DNA from: an uncultured Gemmataceae bacterium
Lineage (GTDB): Bacteria; Planctomycetota; Planctomycetia; Gemmatales; Gemmataceae
Direction of reading: 5' to 3'
DNA: 58,363 nt
Assembly: GCA_963750165.1 (NCBI GenBank)
Contig: CAVVPN010000006.1
Coordinates: forward strand, 1-58,363
Both the position numbers and the translations under genes were made by a program. The notes under the pieces are model-generated. The model made no database searches. It worked only from the letters and a program-made list of their open reading frames with translations, and was not told the DNA's origin. Positions 1 through 11,316 of this stretch are shown here, piece after piece. How positions within the stretch are numbered: the first letter of the stretch is position 1; each line of letters starts with the position of its first letter.

Positions 1-52
1 AAGCAAGAAATACGCAAAAACCCAGGAAATTTCTTGAGTTTTCTTATTTTGG

Positions 53-131
53 CTGACACCAGACACCTGTTTTGACACCCGATTGCGGGTGTCAGCGGGT
101 GTCAGTCGAAAAGGTGTCAGAAACGGGTGTC
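53..131. repeat. Cluster of convergent GACACC / GGTGTC motifs
   Basis: GACACC within 53-60, 61-67 and 72-80; inverse GGTGTC within 87-95, 97-105, 113-120 and 125-131. Confidence 0.7.
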
Positions 132-149
132 TTGCCCGAATCCGCCGGT

Positions 150-902
150 TCAGGAAGTTTTGACCCAGTACACGCCGAGGCCGTCAATCGGCTGCACGGG
201 GGCGGCCACGCCGTGCGCAGCGCGGAAGTCGTGGACCGCTTGGCGGCAGGCCGGGATGGCGCCGAAGTCATCGACGATGACCACGCCACCGGGGGAGACT
301 TTGTGGTACAGCGCGACCAGGGCCTCCATCGTGGACTCGTACATGTCGCCGTCCAGCCGCAGGACCGCCAGCTGGTCGATGGGCGCCGCCGGCAGGGTGT
401 CCTTGAACCAGCCCTTGAGGAAGCGCACCTGCTCGTCGAGCAGCCCGTAGCGGGCGAAGTTGCCCTGGACATCTTCCAGGGACACCGCCAATTGGGCGTA
501 GGTGTGGTGGCGGTCGCCGCGGTCCGCGGGGTAGCGCTCGGGATCGGGCGGCGGCAGCCCCTCGAACGAGTCGGCGACCCACACGCGGCGGTCGGTGACG
601 CCGTATGCCTTCAGGATGGTGCGCATGAAAATGCAGGCGCCGCCGCGCCAGACGCCGGTTTCGATGAGGTCGCCGGGGATGTGCTGGCGGAGGACGTGTT
701 CCACGGCACCGCGGAGGTTGTCCATGCGCATCCGGCCGATCATCGAGTGGGCGCGCAACGGCCAGTCGAGGCCGCGGGCGCGCTTCGCCACGTCGAAGAC
801 GGGCTGCGACCAGGGGTCCTGGGCCGGGTCCTCATAAATCAGGCCGAGCAGGCAGCGCTGCATCAAGTCGATGTACAAGTCGCGTGGATTGACGGTAGAC
901 AT
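150..902 (-). CDS. TylF/MycF/NovP-family SAM-dependent O-methyltransferase
   Basis: Motifs HSMIGRMRMDNL, IPGDLIETGVWRGG, DSFEGLP, KGWFKDTLP, LRLDGDMYEST, GGVVIVDDF; likely start ATG at 902 (MSTVNPRDLY). Confidence 0.93.
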   Translation of the reverse strand: MSTVNPRDLYIDLMQRCLLGLIYEDPAQDPWSQPVFDVAKRARGLDWPLRAHSMIGRMRMDNLRGAVEHVLRQHIPGDLIETGVWRGGACIFMRTILKAYGVTDRRVWVADSFEGLPPPDPERYPADRGDRHHTYAQLAVSLEDVQGNFARYGLLDEQVRFLKGWFKDTLPAAPIDQLAVLRLDGDMYESTMEALVALYHKVSPGGVVIVDDFGAIPACRQAVHDFRAAHGVAAPVQPIDGLGVYWVKTS

Positions 903-1108
903 CGCTTGCGCTCGAACCAGTGTGATGAGGCTGTTAATGAAGCACCACGGCAACACGCCCGTAGGCTCGCGAGTTCTCATCGGCTCAGCAAACCCGACAC
1001 CAGGTTTATTAACCACAGAACTGCCGCCGGTCAACGAAAATCACCGCCATTGCGCGGTCCTTTTTGTTTTGTAGACGTGTATGGCTGGCGGCGGGAAGTC
1101 GGGTTGGC

Positions 1109-1146
1109 GTGCAGGCTGTAGGTGCCGAGCAGGTCGCGGTTGTGCT
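1109..1146 (-). pseudogene. Short relic of toxin neck (HNRDLLGTYSLH) abutting the IS66 end
   Basis: Near-identical to the neck segment in the toxin cassettes (e.g. about 14326-14343, 17746-17782). Confidence 0.7.
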
Positions 1147-1252
1147 GTAAGCGCCCGGCCAATCACGTCGATTTGCCAAAAGCAAACGGCGTCCGCCCGT
1201 GGATCACTGCGATCCGCAGGCTGACGCCGTGTTTTTCTGGCTCCGTGTTTAC

Positions 1253-2834
1253 TCACCCGGCCCGGGCGGCACTGCCCGGTGATTCCCGGCCACGTCGCAG
1301 GAGCCACCGATCTGGCAGCCAGTCCAGTAATTGCTCTGCCGTTGGCTGCTCTCCCAACGCGAACATCCCCGGCAGCGCCTCGCGCAGATACCCGAACGGG
1401 TCGATGCCCAGGTGCTTACACGTCCCTACCAGCGTGTACAGCACCGCCGCCGTCTGACCCCCGGCCTCACTACCGAGCACGCCCCAGTTGTTCCGACCCA
1501 GGGCGATGGCCCGTAGCGTCCGCTCGCTCAGATTGTTGTCGATGGCCAGATACCCTTGCTCCAGGTAACGCGCCCGCGCCGCCCAGTTGTTCAAGGCATC
1601 GCCGATGGCCTGACCCAGCGCCGTCTTGGGCAAGGCCCGCGGACGCTCCTCGTCCAGCCACTGCTTCAGTGCGGCCAGGATCGGTTCGGCTTGCTGCTGG
1701 CGGCGCTGCCGGCGTTGCTCTTCGCGCTGGCGGCGCTGTTCCCGGGTGGCCGGCTCGTCCGCGGGCGGCAGCAACAACGGCAGGTCGCGCTCGATGGCGT
1801 ACAACTGCCGGATGCGTTCCAGCGCCGCGTCGGCACGCGCGTCGCCCCCTTCGGCGGCCGCCACGAACTTGCGGCGGGCGTGCGCCCAGCAGCAGACGTG
1901 CTTGACCTTGTCCGCGCCGTACAGCCCTTCGTACTGGGCCAGGGCGTCCGCCTGCAGATAGCCCCGGTAGCCTGCCAAAAAGGTCGTCGGCCCCGCCGCC
2001 GTGTAATCGGCGGTGAAGTCGAACACGGCATACGGGGAGTCGGCGTCGCCGATGCCCACCCACAGGTGCGCCTTGCGGGTCCGGTCCGCCCCCGGCACGC
2101 GCAACTTCACCGTCGTGTCGTCGCCGTGGATCACCCGCGCGAGCAACAGGCGTTGGTGCATCAGCTGGTACAGCGGGTCGAGCAAAGCCGCTGCCCCGGC
2201 CAGCCAGTCGCCCAGCGTGGACCGCGCCACGGTGACGCCGGAGCGACCGAGTTGCCCGGTCAGGCGGTGCAGCGGCGTGGGGTCGGCGAACTTGGCCGTG
2301 ATGACGTGGGCCAACAGACCGGGGCCGCACAACCCCTTGGCGAGCGGCCCGACTTGCTCCGGCCCGGCCGTCTGCAAGCGCTGCTCGACCGGCACACAGG
2401 CCGGGTCGCAGTGCTGGCAGGCATAGGTCTTCTTGACGGTGCGGCGCACGAAGAAGCGGGCCGGCTCCAGGTCCAGTTGCTCGGCCGTTTGCGTACCGAT
2501 GCACACCCGCCCTTGGCCGCAGCAAGGGCAGAGCTTCTCCGCCTCGGTCAAGTCGTGGACCACCTCGCGGCGCTCCAGGTGTTCGGGCAACGCGGCGCGG
2601 CCGTGCTCGTCGCGGCGTGGCTTGGGCTGGTCCTCGTCACGCGTCTTGGGCTGGGGCCGGCGGCGTTCCGAGCGGCGGCCGAAGCGGTGCTGGAGCGCCT
2701 GGTCGAGCTTGCTCTTGAGTTCCGCGTTCTCGGCGCAGCCGGGCCACTTCCGCGAGCAGTTCGCGGATCAGGGCTTGCAGCGCCGCCACGTCATCGGGCA
2801 ACGGAGCATCGGGAGGGAAGGAGGAGGCGTCCAT
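1253..2834 (-). CDS. tnpC: IS66 transposase TnpC, frameshift near 2735
   Basis: N-terminal coiled coil (LPDDVAALQALI...RFGRRSER), CPCCG Zn finger, HGDDT, LQADA, CWAHARRKF, IDNNLSER. Confidence 0.9.
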
Positions 2835-2874
2835 GCCTGGTGAAACCCCGGCGCAGCTGCCGGGTAGCGGTGGC

Positions 2875-3228
2875 TCAGCGCGGCGGCGTGAAGTGCTTGA
2901 AGCGGCGGACGCGGGACAGGTCGATGCCGTCGAGGATCATCTGGAACTGGCCGGCGGTCAAGGCGACGCTCGTGCTGTCGGCGGGTGCCTCGGGGAAGTG
3001 GTAGCGGCCCGCCTCCAGGCGCTGGCAGAACAGGCACAGGCCGTGCCCGCCCCAGTACAGCACCTTGAGGCGGTCGGCGTTCTTGTTGCGGAAGATGAAG
3101 AGGTGGCCGGACAGCGGGTCGGCCTGGAGGCGGTTGCGCACCAGGGCGAACAGGCCATCGAAGCCGAGGCGCATATCGACGGCATCGGGGCAGTACCACA
3201 GTTGAACGGCGGGAGAGAAGCTCAGCAC
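2875..3228 (-). CDS. tnpB: IS66 accessory protein TnpB
   Basis: VDMRLGFDGL, GHLFIFRN, LKVLYW, QRLEAGRY motifs. Confidence 0.93.
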   Translation of the reverse strand: MLSFSPAVQLWYCPDAVDMRLGFDGLFALVRNRLQADPLSGHLFIFRNKNADRLKVLYWGGHGLCLFCQRLEAGRYHFPEAPADSTSVALTAGQFQMILDGIDLSRVRRFKHFTPPR

Positions 3229-3600
3229 GGCAGCACTCCCAACAAGCGGAGCAAGGAGCCGAGGGTGGCCGCATCGGCGCCAGGGCCGAGGCGCAGGACG
3301 GCGCCGCCGGGCAGGACCAACTCGATGGCCGGGGTCTGGTCGGCGAGGCGCACGGGCAGCAAGCGCGGGCCGGCTTCCGGCCGGGAAAACTCTGGGCCGG
3401 CAGAGAGGTTCTGTGCGGCGAGGCGGCGCTTCCAGAGGTAAAAGGAGGCGACGGAGACGCCCTCGGCGGCGCAGAACTGAGCGGTGGTCAGGCCGGCGGC
3501 GGCGAAGCGGGCGAGGCGCTCGGCCCAGGTCTGGCGGACGGCGTCACGGGAGGCGCGGGGAGTGAGGGACTTCGGTCGGAGCAAGAATCGGTTCGGACAT
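3222..3600 (-). CDS. tnpA: IS66 accessory protein TnpA; probable frameshift near the start
   Basis: WAERLARF..GLTTAQFCAAEGVSVASFYLWKRRL, IELVLPGG; ATG at 3600 with upstream GGAGG is out of frame with the body. Confidence 0.85.
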
Positions 3601-3675
3601 GGGAGACCTCCAGAGGATCGGGCGACCCCTCCAAGGTACTCATCTCGTCAAGGACGTGATCCGCCGGGCGGGTAC

Positions 3676-3948
3676 GGTGTAGGTGGCGTAGGCCGAGACG
3701 GTGGCCAGGCCGGCGCCGCCCGTGCCCGCGATGGTGAGCAGGCTGAGCGTGGCCAGGGTGCCGGCACCGCTGCCGGACACGGAGTCGGAGCCCGTGTCCA
3801 GGCTGCTCTGCCTCGACAGGTAGGTATCCAGGCTGTCGGCGGGGTACTTGGGGTTGGCGTAACTGCGGTTGCCCGCGGCGTTCAGGCTGTAGGTGGCCGC
3901 CCAGTCGCGGTCGAGCGCGAACGTGACGTTGCCGGTGTCCCCGGTCTC
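3676..3948 (-). pseudogene. Divergent toxin-neck fragment truncated by IS66
   Basis: Translates ETGDTGNVTFALDRDWAATYSLNAAG...QSSLDTGSDSVSGSGAGTLATLSLLTIAGTG...YATYT, homologous to the cassette necks but more diverged. Confidence 0.85.
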
Positions 3949-4104
3949 ATGTTTTCCGAGTTCCGCGAGATAACTTGAGGTGCAATTTGCACCTAACTCA
4001 TGTTGCCGTCATGCATTGCAAGAAGCGTCTCGATTTTCGTTCATGTTGATGCCAGGCAGTTCAAGAAGGGGCTCCTTTTTCATTTTTCCGCGACTCTACC
4101 TTGG

Positions 4105-5613
4105 CAGTCGCACTTTTCCGAGTGCTCAAACCGCGAGATTTACGCAGTTTTTCAGCGCTTCGATGAGTTTCAGGAGTTCCGTTGCATCGGCCGACTTGGG
4201 TTTAATTAGGGCGTTCAAAGTCGCCCGCCGCAACACGGCAACCATATGACGCAACGACCATTCACTCTCCCAGGGTCCCATCACTTGCGCAATTCCTCCG
4301 CCTCCGGCAACTGCCGACCGGCGGTAAGATACCACACCATCACGACGCTCTGCAACGACCACACCCACGGCGCCACCTTCTCCACCGCTTCCCGACTGTA
4401 GTGTTGTGGCGCCTCGAGGTCCAGCACCTGTTTGCTCGCCCGGAACAGTACCTCAATGGACCAGCGCCAGGCGAACTGCGTAATCACCCACCCCACGTCC
4501 GCACGCACGTCGGTCGTGAACAGGTAGGCATCGTCCAACTTCCCGTCCGGGTCGCGCACCACCACCACCTGCACCGGCCGCAACCCCAACACCCGCGGCC
4601 ACACCGCCCGGTAGGCGAACGCCCGCAGGACGCGCTGCTCCCCGTAGACGGTCACCGTCACCGCCTGCCACACCCAGTCCCCGGTGGCCACGCGCTTACG
4701 GTCGGCCTTGGCGGCGGCTGCTTTGGGGTTGGGCAGACGCGGCCCCTTCTTCGCCTTGCGGCCGCGCCGGCCGGGCTTGGCCTGAGGCAGACGCGGGTCG
4801 TACACGGCCGCGTCGCCGCGCAACCGGCCGACGAAGGTCACGCGCTCGTCCAGGTCCGCCAGCAGCGCTTGGGCCGCGTAAGCGCCGTCGGCCACCAGGG
4901 TAAAGCGCCGGCCGGGGAACCAGGCCAGCACTTCGGCGAGCAGCGCGTGCGCGAGCAGTGGGCAGGACGGCTGCGCCTGGCCGGGCCGGTGCAACCGGGC
5001 CAGCAAGGGCAACGCCAGGATCGGGGCGTTCGCGAAGGGCAGGCAGACGGCGACGGCGACGACCACCCAGTTGTGCCCCGCGGCCGTGGCGGTGCGTTTG
5101 CGGGTCGAGGCGACGGCATCGCGGAACCAGCCGAGGCCCCAGACGTGCTTGCCGCGCTTGTGGGCCAGGGTGTCGTCCACCAACAGCGTGATGGTGCCGC
5201 CCAGGTGGAGGCGCGTGAGGATGAGGACGGCGACGTGGTAGGCCAACCCGGTCACGGTCCAGGCGGAGCGCGCAAAGAAGTTGTAGGTGGTGTCCAGGCC
5301 GTGGCGCCGGGAATGGTCCCGCAAGTCTTGGGGTTGGGCGGTGTCGGCGACGCGACAGAGGCGGTGCTGGCCCAGGCACATCACCCAGCCGAGCACGAGT
5401 TGGCAGTGGGTGTGGAACGAGGGCAGGGTGAAGGCCGGGGCGAGGGCTTGGACGATGGGCTGGAGAGAAGCTATCATCAGCCACATGAGGGGCTCCTTCC
5501 GGCGAGTGCATGGCTTGAGAACCTATGCACAAACTTAGGAGGAACCCCTCTCTCTTTCTGCGACAGCCCCGTGACACTATCGGTGTTCGTCTGTTCATGG
5601 AAGCGTGCGACAG
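4105..5613 (-). mobile_element. IS701-like (DDE) insertion sequence
   Basis: Imperfect IRs CAGTCGCACTTTTCC (4105) and CTGTCGCACGCTTCC (reverse complement ending 5613) flank the transposase. Confidence 0.7.
4126..5486 (-). CDS. DDE transposase (IS701-like), frameshift near 4285
   Basis: VDDTLAHKRG, GHNWVV, VADGAY, RWSIEVLF; C-terminus continues in another frame (WESEWSLRHMVAVLRRATL) to 4126. Confidence 0.85.
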
Positions 5614-5634
5614 TTCAGCTACAAAACGGGATGA

Positions 5635-6369
5635 TTAACACTTCACCAGCCGCCAGTTGCCATAAGGATTGTAAAATAGATCATCAGAGGGAAACCGGAC
5701 GCATGGTTCCAGAACCGCTTTGAAACGGCCCTTAACTCCTACACAAGTAAAACAATCCAAGTTAGCACTCGGAGTGTCAAATTCCAAAGTTGACAGCAAC
5801 AAGCAATCCAGTAACTTTTTCGCTGTGGCGGAGTCAAGCTCCATAGAGACGGATGCATCGGGCAATCCAAGATTATGCATGCCACATGCATAGTACTCTG
5901 AGTCCGATGTTACGAGAACAACAAAAGCGGAATACAATGACTTAGGACTCGGATCGAGAGTGAGTTCGATCCACTGCGCTGCGGAGTGGGCCACGCCAGA
6001 GGATTCAATCTTGACTGCAATCCCTCCAGACTGAAGCACAGCACTTGTAGCGTTCATGAGGGATCTTGCTTTACTAACACTTCCTCCCCGGGCGACCAAG
6101 TACATTGCATAGCGATGGACAGAAATCTGTTCCATTTCAGCGCTTGTGAGACTGCCAGAATTGGCGTTCGCAAAGGCCTCCACTAGAACAGGATCATGAT
6201 GGTATAGGTCAACTTTGTAAACCTCACCAGTAGAAGGATTGATTAAGGCGTCACCTGCAAACAAGTATCCACCACTGCGCTTAGCAATGCTCGTCACAAT
6301 CTCCCTTCGGCTGTTCCAGATGCCTGGGATACAAATGACGGTTTTGGGTCTTCTTCTCGACGAGTTCAT
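5635..6369 (-). CDS. Putative additional immunity protein (DUF4261-like C-terminus)
   Basis: AT-richer ORF, TAATG-coupled to the upstream gene; CGMHNLGLPD and NPYGNWRL motifs. Confidence 0.55.
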   Translation of the reverse strand: MNSSRRRPKTVICIPGIWNSRREIVTSIAKRSGGYLFAGDALINPSTGEVYKVDLYHHDPVLVEAFANANSGSLTSAEMEQISVHRYAMYLVARGGSVSKARSLMNATSAVLQSGGIAVKIESSGVAHSAAQWIELTLDPSPKSLYSAFVVLVTSDSEYYACGMHNLGLPDASVSMELDSATAKKLLDCLLLSTLEFDTPSANLDCFTCVGVKGRFKAVLEPCVRFPSDDLFYNPYGNWRLVKC

Positions 6370-6905
6370 TATTTCTCTTTGCTCCTCTCTGGTCCAAGCT
6401 TGTTGAGCGTTTCGCGAACACATGAACGGACTTCAAGGGAACGATCTTTTAGAAAAGGCGTAAGCAATCTTGCAATCGAAGTTCCACCGATCATACCCAA
6501 TGCTTGGACGGCATGGATTCGGACTTGTTCCTTGGGATCCTTTAGCAAAGGAGAAAGAAATCGAATGTCTTCCCGTTTCCGCATTCTCCCGAGCATCAGG
6601 GCAGACCACATCCGTGGCCCAGCTTCTCCGGCGCGCGTAGCCTTCCGCAATGCAGTACGCAATTTCTTTTCATCGAGCGACTCCAACAGATGCACTACTG
6701 ACCAGTATACCTCAAACGCATCACCGTACCCAAAAGATTGGATCAACGGAGTGATGCAGGTTTCATCGACAATCGGCCCTAAATCATCAATAATCGTTTG
6801 ATACTCGGTCAACACCTTGTCTGACAATTTGTCATCGGAAGGCATCGGAATCATGCTTTCGAGCCTTGTCAACAATTCCTGGCGCAGTTGAAACTTCTTT
6901 GACAT
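6369..6905 (-). CDS. Immunity protein, HEAT-repeat / Imm30-like; cognate of the cassette 7 tip
   Basis: FGYGDAFEVYWSVVHLLE followed by HEAT repeats (LLKDPKEQVRIHAVQALG); first gene after the toxin once ISAzo13 is removed. Confidence 0.7.
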   Translation of the reverse strand: MSKKFQLRQELLTRLESMIPMPSDDKLSDKVLTEYQTIIDDLGPIVDETCITPLIQSFGYGDAFEVYWSVVHLLESLDEKKLRTALRKATRAGEAGPRMWSALMLGRMRKREDIRFLSPLLKDPKEQVRIHAVQALGMIGGTSIARLLTPFLKDRSLEVRSCVRETLNKLGPERSKEK

Positions 6906-6975
6906 AATTCTCTCTGCTTTTACCACCTTAGCCAAGGCGTGCAAACACACCAATTACATTTGAGTAGGGAGGTTA

Positions 6976-8362
6976 GGCAGCCGTTCAAAATTAGTCCGCA
7001 GCTTACACCTGGGTGCTGATGTTAGAATATTGTCCAACGTGGCTTGATGGTGTAATTCCAACTGGGGCAGACGGCATGCCTTTGGAGGCGCCACGTCTGC
7101 ATTTCTGCGTCCGGCACCTTGACCCCCTTCGCGTACTCCGCGTCCAGCAACGTCGCACGTACCGCCCAACCGGCGTCCGTCTCCGTGCCCCGGATGCAGG
7201 CCAACAGCGTCTCCACGGTTCGCAGCGGCTCCCCCGCCCAGTTGACGCTGATGCGGCTGAACAGCCGGTGCTCCACCGGGTTCCACTTCGACGCCCCCCG
7301 CGGGTAATGGCACACCGTCACCCACAGCCCCCAGCGGTCGGCCAACTCCTCCTGGAGGCGCTGTTTCCACAACCGCACGCGGCAACTGTTGCTCCCGCCC
7401 GCGTCGCACAGGATCAGCAACTCGTCGGCCTGCGGGTACCACAGCCGTCCCTCGCCGCGCCACCACCGGCCGATCACGTCCCCCGCGAACGCCGCGGTGT
7501 CGGCGGACAACCCCACGTAGACATGGCCGCGGTCCTGGCGCACGTCGTAGACCCCGTAGGGGACGGCCCGGCCCAAGGCGTCGTCCAGGAAGTCGTGGGC
7601 GTTGACCTCCGTCGCGCGCCGGCACCACTGCCGCCCTGCATTCTTGAAGTTGCCGATCAACTCCTTTTTCTTGCTGTCCACGCTGATCACCGGCTGGCCG
7701 AGGATGGCGAAGCGGCGCCGCTGCCCGGCGATGTACGCGAACTGCCGGTCCCGGTCTGGGTGAGGCGGGCCGGTGAAGCGCTTGCGGTTGGCCTTGAGCG
7801 AATAGCCCAGGTCGTCCAACAGGCGATAGACCGTGGCGGGGCTGACGGCGAAGCCTTGGCCTTGCAACCGCGTGCTCAGGTAGGCGACGCTGTGGCGCAC
7901 CCACTTCTGACAGGTTTGCGGGCTGCCGGCGGTCTGCTCCTCAACCAGCTGCCTCAAAGCGTTCATGAGGCCCGGCACTTTTTTTTCACAGCGGGCCGTC
8001 CTGCCCCGGGCCGGCGGATGCGATCCGGGGGGCAGTCCCGCAGGGAGTCCTCGAGTTCCCGGCGACCGCGCCGGATGGTTTCCACGTTCAGGCCGGTGAT
8101 GAGGGACAGTAGGCGGTCGCCGCCGCGGCCGACCTTCTGGGACTCCCAGGCTGCCAACCACCGGCGTTGGTGCTCATCCAACCGGCTCAGGAGAAGGTTG
8201 AGCCGGTAATGGAGGGCGCGTTCGGGGTGGTCCGCACCTTGTCGGCAGTGAGGGCATTGGCATTGGTGGATGTCCACGGCTCTGCCTCCCTTCCAAACCA
8301 GGCCCCCGGTTGGGCCAGGGTTATTGTAGAAGGGAACTGCGGATTAATTTTGAAACGTTGCC
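6976..8362 (-). mobile_element. ISAzo13-family insertion sequence
   Basis: IRs GGCAGCCGTTCAAAATTAGTCCGCAG / GGCAACGTTTCAAAATTAATCCGCAG; TTA target duplication at 6973-6975 and 8363-8365. Confidence 0.92.
7022..8277 (-). CDS. ISAzo13 transposase, two ORFs joined by a probable -1 programmed frameshift
   Basis: ORF A 8277-7963; ORF B has ISVDSKKKELIGNF, CDAGGSN, SKWNPVEHRLF, WNYTI; A8-G slippery run at 7978-7986. Confidence 0.9.
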
Positions 8363-8394
8363 TTACCAACCATCTACTACGCTGTCTAGAGTAT

Positions 8395-11291
8395 CTAGAG
8401 GAATCTCCTCAGCAGAGGATCCTTATTGGCTCCCTTCATCTTGTTCGGGACGATCTTTTTGTAATACTTGAGGAGATCGCGGATCCCATCATCGTACATT
8501 GTGGGCTTTCCGGCCTGCTTTGCAATTTTGCGGATGTCTTGGATGTCTTTTTTAAGCACTTTCAGGAATGCAACACCCGTGTCGGTCACCTTGGTCGCCT
8601 TGCCTGCATTTCCGTAAGTCCGTGTCTGTGCGTGACGGTTGCCCCTCATCATGACCGCTCCCCCGTCCTGCCGAGGAAGGTGCCCAAGGCCGTCCTGGGG
8701 CATGTGATGAGGAGTTAGTTTATCACCTGTTTTTCCTCGCGGCTTCAGGTCGCCAAATCTGCCACCTTCGCCTTCTTTGACGTAGGCGTTGTGTGCCCAG
8801 ACGGAGAAACCCCACCCGTCGTCGCCGACGAAGTAGGTGTGGAAGTCGGCCACGCGCAGGTTGTACACCTGCTGGTACAGGCCGCTCGGCGCCACCCCCG
8901 CCACCGCCGTCGTAGCCTCGCGCTCCATCCCCAGGATACCGTCACCAATAGCCAACTCACCCGCCGCCGTCCAGCCCCGGCCCGCCACCCCGAACGAGTG
9001 CTCCGCCGTCGTCTCGATGATGCGCCCGCCCACGTGCAGGTTCGTCACCAACGCCCAGGTCACGAACACCGCCTCGACCCGCTTCCACACCAGCGGACCT
9101 TCCGGGTCGTTCTCGTCCCGCGACAGCACTTCGTCGCCCACCCGCAGCCGGTCCAGCCGCCGCCAGCCCTCGCCCCAGTCCCCCCGCGCGTACACCTTGG
9201 TCCGGCCCGTGAAGCACGAGCGCGTGGCCGAGAAGAGGTCCGCGGCCCCCTGCGCCACCTGGAGCATGCCCCCGACCAGGTCGCCGTTGGCGATGGCCTG
9301 GATGCCCTGCACGCCGCTGCCGACCCCCTGCACCACCGACACGCCGCGCGTCACCCAGACCGCCGCGAACTCCGCCACCGAGCCCGCGAACTCCCCGGCC
9401 GCCTTCGAGGCCGTCCAGCCCTTGGCCGCCGCGCCCACCACGCACGGACCCGCCTGAATCGCAAACATCGCGATTGACTGGCCCGCCATCCAGCCCGCGT
9501 CCGTCCACCGCCCCGCCAGCGCCGCGTCCCCCGCCTGCGCCAGCCCCCCGGCCAGCTGGTAGCCGCGCAGCGCGTTGGCCGCCACCCCCAGCCAGCCCCC
9601 CGGCGTCCACACCGTCAGCGCGATCTGCACCACCTGACCGGCCTGCTGCCCCGCCTGGTACGAGCCCGACTGCGTGTTGATGAACCCGCCCAGGCTCAGG
9701 TCGCCCCCCGTCAGCAGCCCGTACCCCGAGCTGTTCAGCAGCCAGCGGCCGAACTGCGTGCGGAACAGCCCCCCCGTCAACTGGTCCGCCACCCCCGCCA
9801 CCCACTCCACCCCGCGCCGCCAGTAGTCCGTCGTCACGCTCCCGCCCGGCGGCAGGTTGCGCGCAGCGCCTCCCAGCTCTTCGTCGCCGCCAGCGCCAGC
9901 GGGTCGGCCGCCCGCGCCGCCTGCTCGAAGCGCAGCCAGGCGTCGTCCAGCACGGGCTCGGCCGGCCCGCCCGGCAGCAGCAGCGCCCACACCCGCCACT
10001 GGTTCACCGGCAGCCCCGCGCCGGCGCTGGCCTGCGTCAGCCAGTCCGTCTCGCGCGTCGCCGGGTTGTACGGGCCGTCCGCCACCCGCCACGGCCGGTC
10101 CGTCATGGCGAACACCCGCCAGCCCGTGGCGTACGGGAACAGGCCCTCGTACTTGGCCGCCACGCCCGGCGCCAGCGGCGGCGGCACCAGCCCATCCGGC
10201 AGCGCCAGCGCCAGCGCCCGCGGCCAGCGCGTCGGGTCGGCCATCCCGTCTGCCCCGCCCGGCTCGAGGATCTCCGTCCAGCCCTGCAGCAGGTTCAGCC
10301 CGGCGTGGTTCGGCTCCCCCGGGCCGGCCAGCGCCGCCGCCGTGTCGGTCGGCCCGTTGCTGTAGTTCTCGTCGCTGCCGCCCTGGGTGTAGGTGGCGTA
10401 AGACGCGGCACTGGCGGTGCCGGTGGCCCCCGTCCCCGAGACGGTGAGCAGGCTGAGCGTCGCCAGGGTGCCCACCCCGCTGCCGGACACCGAGTCGTAG
10501 CCGGTGTCCAGGCTGCTCTGGTTCAGGTCGTAGGAACTCAGGTCGTAGGCGGGCGCGCTGTTGCCCACGGCGGTGGACGTGCCGACGGCGTGCAGATTGA
10601 AGGTGCCGCGCAGGTCGCGGTCGTGCGCGAAGCTGGTGCCGCCGCTGTCGCCCGTCTCGGCCGAGCTGAACGAGCCGGTGGCGGCGTCGTCCTGGGTGAA
10701 GCCGATGGTCGTGGTGCCGCTGGCGCCGGTGTTGGTGACGTTCAGCGCCAGGGTGAAGCCGCTGTCGCCGCCGCCGGTGGCCGAGAAGCTGTCCGTGCCC
10801 GACTGGCCGCTGTAGGACCACGACTCGTAAGTCCCCTTGGCGGCGCTGAAGCTGTTGCCCCCGGTCTGGTCGTCCGTCCAGCGGGCGCCGGCGAAGTACT
10901 GGAAGGAGGTCACCGAGACGGTGTCCGTGGCCCACTGCTCGTCGCTGGAGGAGTAGCTGCCCAGGTTGGTGTCGCGGAAGCCGCTGCCCGTGGTCGTCAG
11001 CGTGTTGCGGCCCGCCAGGTCGATGGACAACTCGTCGCCGCTGGTGACCTTCAGCGCGTAGCTGGACAGGCCGTAAGGCCAGCCACTGCCGCCGGCCGCC
11101 CCCTCGACGTGCAGGGTGGCCAGGGACCAGCGGTCGTCCTGGGCGGTGCCGGCCTGCCAGGAGTCGTCCTGGGTGGTGGCGGTGGCGTTGAACGGCGCGT
11201 TCTGGCCCAGCGCGAAGGTGCCGGTGACCGTGCCGTTGGCCGACACCGTCTCCCGGCTGGTGTACGTCACGCCCTGCGTGGCACTGGCGAC
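8395..11291 (-). pseudogene. Orphan toxin cassette 7: neck, Hint (allele B), HNH-like nuclease tip (8395-8787)
   Basis: 5'-truncated copy of the giant gene; CF..TAEH..VYNL..HTYFV..AHN Hint; tip GDKLTPHHMPQ...HAQTRTYG; frameshift near 9858. Confidence 0.85.
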
Positions 11292-11316
11292 AACCCGCTG
11301 GCGCGCGACCCTGGGA

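Larger units (their letters stand above)
1147..3675 (-). mobile_element. IS66-family insertion sequence
   Basis: Terminal IRs GTAAGCGCCCGGC (1147) and GTACCCGCCCGGC (reverse complement ending 3675); tnpA-tnpB-tnpC order; no 8-bp target duplication. Confidence 0.9.
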
